Below are positions 51,608 through 59,971 of a DNA stretch of 64,000 bases, piece after piece. How positions within the stretch are numbered: the stretch's first letter is position 1; each line of letters opens with the position of its first letter. Origin of the DNA: Promethearchaeia archaeon (GTDB lineage: Archaea; Asgardarchaeota; Lokiarchaeia; Sigyniarchaeales; SOKP01); contig JAHQWL010000103.1 in the NCBI GenBank assembly GCA_029856155.1, forward strand, positions 1-64,000, in the 5' to 3' direction. A model generated the notes under the pieces. That model was not told where the DNA came from. It searched no databases and was given only the letters and a program-made list of their open reading frames with translations. The translations under genes and the position numbers were made by a program.

Positions 51608-52837
51608 TTAAGAATTCATTAATGCTTTTGCATTATTTTGCCATTCATTTACTGTCTTTACCGAAGCTCCTGAGATACTAGCTGAAAGTTCTTCTGGATT
51701 TGCTGCTAACAAGTCTGAAACTGTCATAATCCCTTGAGCATTTAAATTCTCTACAGTTCCTTTGCCAATTCCTTTTACTTGAATTAGATTAACTTCCTCT
51801 TGTTCAACAACCTCTTGATCTTGGTTTGTATCATCATCTTCATACAATGTTTCAACTTTAAAATCTAACCCAGATGCCTCTGGAAGCTCACATTTATCTG
51901 TATCTGCGACTCCAGTACCTGTTATGAAAAACTCACATTCTTCAGGGGGTAAGTCGGGAGCATCCACTATAACTGCTCTACGCTTGAGGGAATTATTCGA
52001 AGAGAAACCCTTTGTCTTGAACATGACTCGAAAATGACATCCATGCGCAACAATATTGCCACCAATAGCATCATCTCCGGAAAACATTCCCATCATTCTG
52101 GTAGCTACTTGATTCGTAAGCAAGACCGCACAATTATACGTTTCAGCAACTCGTGATAATCCATGAATCATATTGTTAAGAACTGCTTGACGCGGGGCTA
52201 GCTTTCCAATACCGATGTATTCTGCCCTCAATAATGCCATTAAGCTATCAATTATTATTAAACGAACTCCACGAGTTTTACAAAGAGATTCAGCTTTTTG
52301 GATCATTTGGGCTTGATGATCGGATGAGTAAATCCTTGCATGAAATATTTTTGAAAGTACATCTTTTGGATTTAGTTCAAATCGCTTAGCAATTCGTTTA
52401 ATCTTTTCTTTTGAGAATGTATTTTCAGTGTCAACGTAAGCAACCGCGCCATTTATTCCTCCTTTTTTTTCTGGTAATTGAACCGTTACTGATATTGTGT
52501 GTGCTAAGGCAGTCTTTCCAGACTTAAATGGTCCGTACACTTCCGTTAGTTTTCCAGTTTGAAAACCTCCTCCTAAGATGCGATTTAATTCCGCTGAACC
52601 GGTTGTAAAATATTCTACATTGTCATCAATCTTAGCCGCAGGAGTAAAATCAGTCATACCTAGTGCGTTTCTTGCATTCCATATGAGTTTTTTAGCAGTC
52701 TTATCACCTAATCCATCAATTGTAGCAACAGTTGAATGAGGACTCATCGCTAAAGCTTCCGCTGTGCTTATTCCATTCTCTTGCAATAATTTTATTTGGC
52801 GTGAATTAATTCCTTTCACTTGATCTAAATCTGCCAT
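51608..52837 (-). CDS. radA: RadA/Rad51-family recombinase with an extra C-terminal HhH domain
   Basis: N-terminal HhH domain, FTPA polymerisation motif, GPFKSGKT, YVDTENTF, LIIIDS, TNQV, GGNIVAH. Confidence 0.92.
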   Translation of the reverse strand: MADLDQVKGINSRQIKLLQENGISTAEALAMSPHSTVATIDGLGDKTAKKLIWNARNALGMTDFTPAAKIDDNVEYFTTGSAELNRILGGGFQTGKLTEVYGPFKSGKTALAHTISVTVQLPEKKGGINGAVAYVDTENTFSKEKIKRIAKRFELNPKDVLSKIFHARIYSSDHQAQMIQKAESLCKTRGVRLIIIDSLMALLRAEYIGIGKLAPRQAVLNNMIHGLSRVAETYNCAVLLTNQVATRMMGMFSGDDAIGGNIVAHGCHFRVMFKTKGFSSNNSLKRRAVIVDAPDLPPEECEFFITGTGVADTDKCELPEASGLDFKVETLYEDDDTNQDQEVVEQEEVNLIQVKGIGKGTVENLNAQGIMTVSDLLAANPEELSASISGASVKTVNEWQNNAKALMNS

Positions 52838-52895
52838 TCCTTTTTACTATCAACTCCTTAAAAATAATTTCATTAAGAAGTGTTTCACGCTAGTT

Positions 52896-52910
52896 TATTT
52901 AAAGAAAAAA
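52896..52910 (-). promoter_or_regulatory. Island promoter motif (radA)
   Basis: TTTTTTCTTTAAATA, 59 nt upstream of the ATG. Confidence 0.62.
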
Positions 52911-52936
52911 ATGATGAAAAGAAAAAAAATTAGATT

Positions 52937-53248
52937 TTATGCTTTAGCAATTATTCCTAAGACTCCACCAATTATGGCTAAAATACCTCCAATATGGGCA
53001 GAACTGATAATAACCATTAGGATCCCTAAGATAAGTATTACGACGGGATTATAAGGTAAAGGTTGTCCCGGTTTATACACTGTTAATATTAATAATATAG
53101 TTAAGATGAGTCCAAATATCGCCCACACAATATAATATCCCCAAAAACCATAACCAAAAAATCCAGCAATAGATTCGATTAATCCCACAATACCACCGAG
53201 AATCACAAGAATTTTCATATAATTTTTTAATTCGGCATCAGTTACCAT
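52937..53248 (-). CDS. Small Gly/Ile-rich multi-TM membrane protein
   Basis: Three to four hydrophobic helices. Confidence 0.7.
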   Translation of the reverse strand: MVTDAELKNYMKILVILGGIVGLIESIAGFFGYGFWGYYIVWAIFGLILTILLILTVYKPGQPLPYNPVVILILGILMVIISSAHIGGILAIIGGVLGIIAKA

Positions 53249-53338
53249 AATTCATCAGCTTTTTGGATAATAAGAAGAATTAGAATTTGTATTATTTAAG
53301 AGTAGCTTTTATTGATCATAAATTTTTCAGGTTTTTTA

Positions 53339-53518
53339 TTAATCTTTTATCAAAAAATATGAGATTCCTCCCTGCTCTGAGTCTATACTGAATATTTTAA
53401 AACCGGATTTATCTACATACTTTTCAATATATTGTAACGCTTCTTGAAAGAAATTCTTTTTATCTATTTTTGTTATCTTTGTCTCACTTGAACTGTGGTG
53501 TATTAATTGTTGAGCCAT
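53339..53518 (-). CDS. Small hypothetical protein
   Basis: Likely start MAQQ at 53518. Confidence 0.5.
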   Translation of the reverse strand: MAQQLIHHSSSETKITKIDKKNFFQEALQYIEKYVDKSGFKIFSIDSEQGGISYFLIKD

Positions 53519-53690
53519 TCTGGCTAAAAAAATTATTTCAATTTTTATTTTTATCACATCCTTTTAATATAAATAATTCAATTTGATTTTTTTAACATCA
53601 ATAAGAGAAAGTTAGATATATATTTTTATCCTAAATTTCTCTAAACACAAATAATGTCAATGAAGAGAAACAAATTATAATTTTAACTGT

Positions 53691-54377
53691 TTATTGAAAC
53701 TGATTTAATATATCAAAAAGTTTATCTATTTGTTCTTTATTAGCAGTCAGAGTCGTCTTCCCATCAACTAAATCATAACTTATTTTTCGCCCACTCCTTC
53801 TTAAATTAGAGAGTTGTTTTACTGGAAACATATATCCAAAACATTTTTCTGAAGTGTCATATAAAAATTCTTTTTCTTTTTTATTTTCTTCATGTATATC
53901 GCGTCCAGTTAGAAGTAAACCATCATCGGAAACATCTACAAGTGTTTTGGTTTGTATAAGTTCGTTAATAGTAAGTTTCCCCTGTACAATGATTCTTTGA
54001 TTGGTAATAAAAATTACTCCCAAACTTACTGAGATTTTAATGGACGGTGCTTTTAATGGTCTTTTTTTCTTAATCGACCCCTCACATTCATACAGGATTT
54101 GTTCTCCACCATGTAAGCAAAAATTTTCAACAATATATCGTTCTGCTCGAATTCTCCCTTCTTTTCCTAGCAGTTTGCCCATTTTTTTCCAAATATTTGA
54201 ATATAATTTATTCATAAAAAATAGAGGATTTAGTTTATATGTCTCACCTATGCTATTAAGAAATTCAAAATCATAAAGTTGTAATTTATATAAAAAATTG
54301 AGAATCTTTTTCTTTGAGGGATACGTCTTTTTAAGTTCTTTTTCAATTTTATTCATAGCTAGACTGACATCACTCAT
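53691..54377 (-). CDS. Hypothetical protein with PH/GRAM-like region
   Basis: GEQILYECEG...GVIFITNQRIIVQG. Confidence 0.55.
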   Translation of the reverse strand: MSDVSLAMNKIEKELKKTYPSKKKILNFLYKLQLYDFEFLNSIGETYKLNPLFFMNKLYSNIWKKMGKLLGKEGRIRAERYIVENFCLHGGEQILYECEGSIKKKRPLKAPSIKISVSLGVIFITNQRIIVQGKLTINELIQTKTLVDVSDDGLLLTGRDIHEENKKEKEFLYDTSEKCFGYMFPVKQLSNLRRSGRKISYDLVDGKTTLTANKEQIDKLFDILNQFQ

Positions 54378-54550
54378 TTTGATTCCCTACTAATTATTTC
54401 GCCAAACAATGCAAATTCCACTATATAAAATTATAAGATTATTTTTATACATTTTGGCTTTATTTGGACAATTTAAATCCGAATCCTGTGCAAGGATTAT
54501 CATCCAATAATTACCATTTTTTTATTGGAATCATTTTTTTGGGAAAATTT

Positions 54551-54778
54551 CTAAGATTTTTCACTATCTATCAATAAATAAATCACAAATAAACCAGCTA
54601 CTATGATAAAAAAAATTCCTGCCCAGATTGCACCCCACTCTACAGGCTTTACAACCGGTTCGCCTGGAAGGTAGATTCTTCAACTCACCGTGCCTAGAGT
54701 AATTAGCCCCCATAAACCTGCGATTATGAATATACCGATAAATAATAAAACTAAATTTTTAATGATTTTTCGAGACAT
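54551..54778 (-). pseudogene. Small two-TM protein gene with an in-frame TGA
   Basis: MSRKIIKNLVLLFIGIFIIAGLWGLITLGTVS-TGA(54680-54682)-RIYLPGEPVVKPVEWGAIWAGIFFIIVAGLFVIYLLIDSEKS*; TATA about 20-25 nt upstream. Confidence 0.55.
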
Positions 54779-54854
54779 CTGAATTTATTGTTTTATATAT
54801 AAATTTGAATTAATTTATTGAAAGTTGAATAAAAATATAAATTCTGACATTAAT

Positions 54855-54929
54855 GAGAAAAAGAAAAGAAAAAATCACCCCCCTTTTTCCCTGCAGAGGT
54901 GATTAAATGGGTTGGGAGGAAGTTATATT
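54855..54929 (-). ncRNA. Candidate small RNA with C-rich/anti-SD segments, hairpin and U-tail
   Basis: Island motif at 54953-54967; CUUCCUCCC; stem AAUCACCUC/GGGGUGAUU; UUUUCUUUUCUUUUU. Confidence 0.4.
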
Positions 54930-54976
54930 ATAAATTAAATTACTATTAATTGTATTTAAAGAAAAAATAGGCTAAC

Positions 54977-55363
54977 TTATTCAAGTAAAATTCTCAGACC
55001 TTGAACAAACTGCTTAGGGGTAATACCATTTAATAAAGCTTGATGCATATATTTGATGTGTAGCTCTTCAACATTTTCTTTATTTTCAACTTTAGAAGCT
55101 ATTTGTTTTAGTAGATTATATAGTGAGAAATCTGAATTTTCTAACATACCAAAATACCCTCCATATGCCAGGAACATGTTAGCCATAAGCTCAAGATCCT
55201 CTTGTGAGTTTTTTTTATAGCATTGCTCACAGACAACTCCGAATGTAAGACCTTCTTGATATATTGACGCTCCTCGCTTAAGATTGTTTCTGCAAATCCC
55301 ACATCTTACTGCTTCTTGAGTAAGATGGGGTGTTGGTTCCGTACTTAGGGAATTTATTTCCAT
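54977..55363 (-). CDS. Zn-finger (CxxC...CxxC) protein
   Basis: CGIC...CEQC; motif ATTTTTCTTTAAATA at 55385-55399, 22 nt upstream. Confidence 0.7.
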   Translation of the reverse strand: MEINSLSTEPTPHLTQEAVRCGICRNNLKRGASIYQEGLTFGVVCEQCYKKNSQEDLELMANMFLAYGGYFGMLENSDFSLYNLLKQIASKVENKENVEELHIKYMHQALLNGITPKQFVQGLRILLE

Positions 55364-55406
55364 GAAGTATCTATATAACCAGAGTATTTAAAGAAAAATT
55401 AATGGA

Positions 55407-56114
55407 TCAACAGAGGGATAAGCCATTATTACCTATTAAGAATTGAAAATTCCACTTTAATCGATTGAATGAAATGAACATATTTTTTTTTTCACTATTA
55501 CAAACATTGCTTAAGACAACATCTATTGTTTCTAATCTATCGTATAATTTATAAAAGAAAGGCCTAACTCTTTCTTGGCTAGGACTATAAGTAACTTCAT
55601 GAATCAAAACCAATACAATATCATTTCGTTTACAAAACAATATTAATGGTAATAATTGTGTTTCATAAAAGCTATCTAGTAATACTAGGCAATTCAAATT
55701 AGTGAATTGAGTAATTTCAAATCGTAAATGGTGAGAGATATTATCAATAACGATACATTTTAAGTCTGGAGGAAGAACTGTAGAGGGTGATGTAATTTTT
55801 TGTAGTATTGAAGATTGTTCTAAATATGTAGGAATAGGATTATCTTGAGGGATAATAAACACATTCTCCGTAATATAATCCAATTTCTCAGGATAATCAG
55901 CTAAAATTTGTCTTAATCGCTTTACAGGGAAAGCTTCATTTGCTTGAACCCAGATACATGATTCTTTATAAGGTTCTTCTGATGTTAAAAGATTCCCAAC
56001 TAATTGAAGGGCAAGAGTAGTTTTACCAGTACCAGACTTTCCAGAGATAGATAGTATATTATTATGAGATAGTAATTCCTTAATCCCTATGAAAAATCTT
56101 ATTTCTGAGAGCAT
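55407..56114 (-). CDS. RadB/Rad51-paralogue-like RecA-fold ATPase
   Basis: Walker A GKSGTGKT, FPVKRL, Walker B CIVIDN; no N-terminal domain. Confidence 0.78.
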   Translation of the reverse strand: MLSEIRFFIGIKELLSHNNILSISGKSGTGKTTLALQLVGNLLTSEEPYKESCIWVQANEAFPVKRLRQILADYPEKLDYITENVFIIPQDNPIPTYLEQSSILQKITSPSTVLPPDLKCIVIDNISHHLRFEITQFTNLNCLVLLDSFYETQLLPLILFCKRNDIVLVLIHEVTYSPSQERVRPFFYKLYDRLETIDVVLSNVCNSEKKNMFISFNRLKWNFQFLIGNNGLSLC

Positions 56115-56115
56115 C

Positions 56116-56460
56116 TTAGTTTTCTTCTAGTAATTCAAGCACTTCTTGTTTTATCTTATCTATTTGCTTATCCTTTTCTGCTTTTTCATCATTTCTGTTT
56201 GTATTATCATTATTTTGAGAAGAATTATTCATTAATTGCTGGATTACCATCAAAGTAATTAAATCATCCATTCTACTGCCTTGCTGAGCATTTTTTCCAC
56301 TAAAGAATCCAAAAACTCCATTATTTGACCCTGAAGATCTGGATTTAAAAAATAAATATACTCCAATAAACAACACTATGAAGATAATAGAATAAACTGG
56401 ATTTTGCTGGTAAAAGATAAAAAATCCTAAAATCAATACGATATAACAGAATCCTTTCAC
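56116..56460 (-). CDS. Membrane protein (two N-terminal TMs, cytoplasmic coiled tail)
   Basis: Tightly packed between the peptidase and RadB-like genes. Confidence 0.7.
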   Translation of the reverse strand: MKGFCYIVLILGFFIFYQQNPVYSIIFIVLFIGVYLFFKSRSSGSNNGVFGFFSGKNAQQGSRMDDLITLMVIQQLMNNSSQNNDNTNRNDEKAEKDKQIDKIKQEVLELLEEN

Positions 56461-56467
56461 TTTTTAA

Positions 56468-57208
56468 TCACCATTCGGTATGTGGTTTTTTTGGTTTATA
56501 ATGTTTACGAGTAAAAGGTTTCATTCTGACCTTTGGGGGTTTTTTATAATCTCTCGAATGTAATATATCCAAAGTTTTGTGTATGCCAATAAAACTGAAT
56601 TTCAATAATAAGTAAAGTCCGGCAATTGCTAAATAATAAAAGACATCTAATAAGAAGTAAATCTGAAAGGTTGCTAAGATCAGCCATAAGATTATTGTTG
56701 AAAGGATAACAAGAAATATCTGATACCATGAATGTGTAGAGTCATCCCTGAATGCTCTCGAAATCATTCTAAAATCTCCTGAAGATGGTGCTGCCGTCAA
56801 AAGTAATGAAAAAGAAATAAATCCCGCAAAAACTCTAATAATTGGTAGAAATTGGGGATTGAATACCACTCCAAACCACAAATAAAAAATAAGCCATGTA
56901 CTTAAATATAGGGGAGCGAAACTTATTAGAAATGTCTGTAGAAAACTTAGAGGTTTTCCAGGTTTAACTAATCCACGCGGATTTCTAGATCCATCTTTTT
57001 CATTATGCCACTTGATCTCGATACGATCGGGAACATGTCCAACTACCAAGCTCATGAAATAATGACAGAATTCATGAAAAATAACTCCTATAAAAAATAA
57101 ACGTATAGTAATGGATTTAAATAGACCTGCGTTGTCACTCAATAAAAAACGTGATACAATAAGAGATATAATTAAGATGCCAAGGAATACTAAAGGTTCT
57201 TCAATCAT
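56468..57208 (-). CDS. Membrane zinc metalloprotease (M50B/DUF3267-like)
   Basis: FHEFCH (HExxH), ISFAPL, APSSGD; likely ATG 57208, 22 nt from motif TTTTTCCTTTAAATT (57230-57244). Confidence 0.75.
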   Translation of the reverse strand: MIEEPLVFLGILIISLIVSRFLLSDNAGLFKSITIRLFFIGVIFHEFCHYFMSLVVGHVPDRIEIKWHNEKDGSRNPRGLVKPGKPLSFLQTFLISFAPLYLSTWLIFYLWFGVVFNPQFLPIIRVFAGFISFSLLLTAAPSSGDFRMISRAFRDDSTHSWYQIFLVILSTIILWLILATFQIYFLLDVFYYLAIAGLYLLLKFSFIGIHKTLDILHSRDYKKPPKVRMKPFTRKHYKPKKPHTEW

Positions 57209-57598
57209 GCAATAATATAGTACCAAAGTAATTTAAAGGAAAAATCCAATCTTTTTGTTAAATTTTTGTTTTTTTTTGGGGTGATCTTGGATATTATATT
57301 TCTGAAGCGGGAGAATTCTAATAACAAGGGTTTCATATTTTAATGACAGTGTATGTAAAATGCAAAACGAATTAATGAGCTATATTAAGCTTGAATGGAG
57401 AATTGTCTATAGAGATTGTTCCCCCATGAAATCTGGTCAATTATTGGCGAGATAATTAAGAATCGCAACCTCTAGTTATATTGACAAAAATGTCAGTGAT
57501 CGATAAAATGCAAATTTTCTAGAAATTTTTGTGAACAGTTGAAAACCACCTCTCAAAATTTAAGAGAAGAAGCCTTCTTTTCACCGTTCAATTTTTGA

Positions 57599-57613
57599 GG
57601 AAAAGGTTTAAAA
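57599..57613 (+). promoter_or_regulatory. Canonical purine-rich BRE + TATA upstream of the tfb paralogue
   Basis: GGAAAAGGTTTAAAA, ~45 nt upstream of GTG 57658. Confidence 0.55.
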
Positions 57614-57657
57614 TCAAAACTCCTACCTTATATTCTTTAGTAAAATAAAAAAAAATA

Positions 57658-58911
57658 GTGATCAAAACATTGGCAACGTATAAAACACTACAAGAAAGTA
57701 GACTTTCTCCTGATTTGGCACACTTATCTTGCGATATTTGTGGTTCTGCTGATATTTTAGAAACTAGAGAGGGGTATGTGTGTAAAAAATGTGGTGTAGT
57801 ATTAGAAATCCAGAAATTGCAATATGATAGACCTTATAATGAAGACATAATCCAATATGCAAAGGGCGTAGGCACAACTCAAATAGGAACAAGGCGAGAA
57901 AGGGCGATCTCGCCTCTTTCTATTAAATTGCAAAGAATAAACAAATACAATTCTATAACCACCACTGAACGAGCTGTAATTGAGAAAGCTCGGATTGAAA
58001 TTGCGAGAATCTTTAATTATTTAGGTTTAGATGGTGGATATGATGCTATAAAAGAAATGGTATTATCCAAGTTCAAAAGCCTTAGAGCTCACATTAGGTC
58101 AGGTTCAAAATATAGAAGTGTAGAGAAGTTAGTTTCAATCACAATTTATTTCTGTCTTAAACTTAGGAATGTTTCTATTAATCCATATGAGTTGATTGAA
58201 ATATCGAAAATTACAAAAAAGGAGTTCAATGATTTCAACTTACAACTTCAAAGATTTTTACCCCATTATGCCGAACGTAATAGGCAGAAATATATTCTAC
58301 AGAGGATTTTTGAACTTTCTGAACATTTTGATTTAGGAATGCCTTTTTATTATCTTTCTAAAAAGATTTTATATAGATTGTGGCATGGAATCAAAAATAC
58401 GACAGATAATGTAGTAGCAGGATTAATCAGTTCTATTTCAGTTTTATGTTCATGCAAAGATAAGGTAAGTATAAGTTCTATTTGTAATCGTTTAGGAATC
58501 AGAATGAGTACAATTCAATCTCAGGTCAAGAAAAGGATCTTTGAAAGGTTTCAAGGTGAAGGATTTATCAGTCTAATAAAATCGTCTGATATTTTAGTAC
58601 GATTAATGAAAAGGTTAGGACTTTTGGGAGAACAAGCAATCGAAACTCAAGAAGAGACTTGCATATCTGATAAGGAAGAGATTATAATGGGTAATGCTGC
58701 CAATATATTTAACGGTCATGATAATTTTGACTATTATTATTACGCGATGAGGGGAGAAAACAAAAAACCCTTAATCGTCACTTTAAAAATTAATGAATTT
58801 CCTTTGATGTTTAAATCTGAAAAAAAGTCGAAAATGAAACCCGATTATTTACTTAATTTTGAAATATTTCATTATTATTGTTCAAAAGATCCTCCTAAAA
58901 TAGGTACTTGA
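57658..58911 (+). CDS. tfb: Divergent transcription factor B (TFB/TFIIB) paralogue
   Basis: Zn ribbon CDICGS...GYVCKKCGVVL; cyclin repeat 1 (RSVEKLVSITIYFCLK...ELIEISKITKKEF); cyclin repeat 2 with HTH SISSICNRLGIRMSTIQ; ~100-aa C-terminal extension. Confidence 0.8.
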   Translation: MIKTLATYKTLQESRLSPDLAHLSCDICGSADILETREGYVCKKCGVVLEIQKLQYDRPYNEDIIQYAKGVGTTQIGTRRERAISPLSIKLQRINKYNSITTTERAVIEKARIEIARIFNYLGLDGGYDAIKEMVLSKFKSLRAHIRSGSKYRSVEKLVSITIYFCLKLRNVSINPYELIEISKITKKEFNDFNLQLQRFLPHYAERNRQKYILQRIFELSEHFDLGMPFYYLSKKILYRLWHGIKNTTDNVVAGLISSISVLCSCKDKVSISSICNRLGIRMSTIQSQVKKRIFERFQGEGFISLIKSSDILVRLMKRLGLLGEQAIETQEETCISDKEEIIMGNAANIFNGHDNFDYYYYAMRGENKKPLIVTLKINEFPLMFKSEKKSKMKPDYLLNFEIFHYYCSKDPPKIGT

Positions 58912-59032
58912 CAGTCAGTATAGATAAGAACTAATTTTTAAAATTTTTTTTATTTTCTTTGATTCCTACTAAAATTCTGATTTAATTTTTTAAGTTGGAG
59001 GGATCTACCTTTATATCTTTATATAAAATAAA

Positions 59033-59389
59033 TTACTTATCCTGGTGTTTCTTTTTACTTTCTACTAAAATTTCTTCTATCATGGTTTTTAAATTAGGAA
59101 TACTATTTTTGATTGTTGTCCAAACTAACTTATAATCAATACCAAAATATGAATGAATTAATCTATCTCTCATTCCTGCCATTTCTTTCCAAGGAATTTT
59201 GGGATATTTTGTCCTTGTATCATCAGTAATATTTTTTGTAGCTTCTCCAAGTATTTCAAACTTCCTAATAACTGCACTTGAAGTTTTATCATCTTCTTGA
59301 AATTCTTCGAATGTCATGTTTTCAACGAACTCTATAATTTTATTAATAGATTCAATGATATCTTTTAAATATATATTTTGATTTCTCAT
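59033..59389 (-). CDS. HEPN (DUF86, HepT-like) toxin
   Basis: IPWKEMAGMRDRLIHSYF (RxxxxH). Confidence 0.92.
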   Translation of the reverse strand: MRNQNIYLKDIIESINKIIEFVENMTFEEFQEDDKTSSAVIRKFEILGEATKNITDDTRTKYPKIPWKEMAGMRDRLIHSYFGIDYKLVWTTIKNSIPNLKTMIEEILVESKKKHQDK

Positions 59390-59688
59390 GAATAGATTAC
59401 CGTTTTTAAAATCGAATCTTTTAATTCTTCCCTTAATGCATTTATTGGTACAACATCCACTTTACATCTAAATTTTTCCTCAAGAAATAGAGAAAGCCCA
59501 ATGAAATCAAATAGATCTGCATCTTCTCCAAATTCAACAAGTAAATCGATATCACTAATATCCTTATGTGTTTCACTCGCATAGGATCCAAATAAACCTA
59601 ATTCTTTGACTTTATACTTATCTTTTAATATTTTTTTCAGATTAGTAAGTGTCTTAAGAATCTCTTTTTTGCTTAGCATCTTTAACAA
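59386..59688 (-). CDS. Minimal nucleotidyltransferase (MntA-like) antitoxin
   Basis: LFGSYA...SDIDLLV...KVDVV; ATGA overlap with the toxin gene. Confidence 0.92.
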   Translation of the reverse strand: MLKMLSKKEILKTLTNLKKILKDKYKVKELGLFGSYASETHKDISDIDLLVEFGEDADLFDFIGLSLFLEEKFRCKVDVVPINALREELKDSILKTVIYS

Positions 59689-59902
59689 ATCATTTTATAC
59701 TCTGTTATTATAAATATACAATTTTTAATATTTTAATGATACATGTTTAGATTGTAATGCTAATGTTATATATTATCCTTTTTAATTTCATAATTAAATC
59801 TATAGAAAGAATTATTGTATAGATAGTTTGGATTAGATATTGGATTTCTTTTGTTATCTCTCTTTAATTTTTTTATTTTCTATGAATGTTGTAGCGTATT
59901 GA

Positions 59903-59917
59903 TTTTTTGTTTAAATA
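59903..59917 (+). promoter_or_regulatory. Island promoter motif in a divergent region
   Basis: TTTTTTGTTTAAATA, identical to 46669-46683; 55 nt upstream of ATG 59972. Confidence 0.62.
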
Positions 59918-59971
59918 AGTTCGCTATAATTCTAACAGTAACCTCTTATAACTTATGTAGAATCGAAGAAA

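Noticed and set aside
47352-57316. 15-bp match CTGAAGCGGGAGAAT at 47352-47366 (in fen) and 57302-57316 (upstream of tfb)
   Set aside because: It does not extend, and isolated 15-mers can match by chance in 64 kb; no supporting context.
59033-59688. MNT-HEPN pair as part of the novel system
   Set aside because: A common stand-alone archaeal toxin-antitoxin module with no island motif on its own strand.
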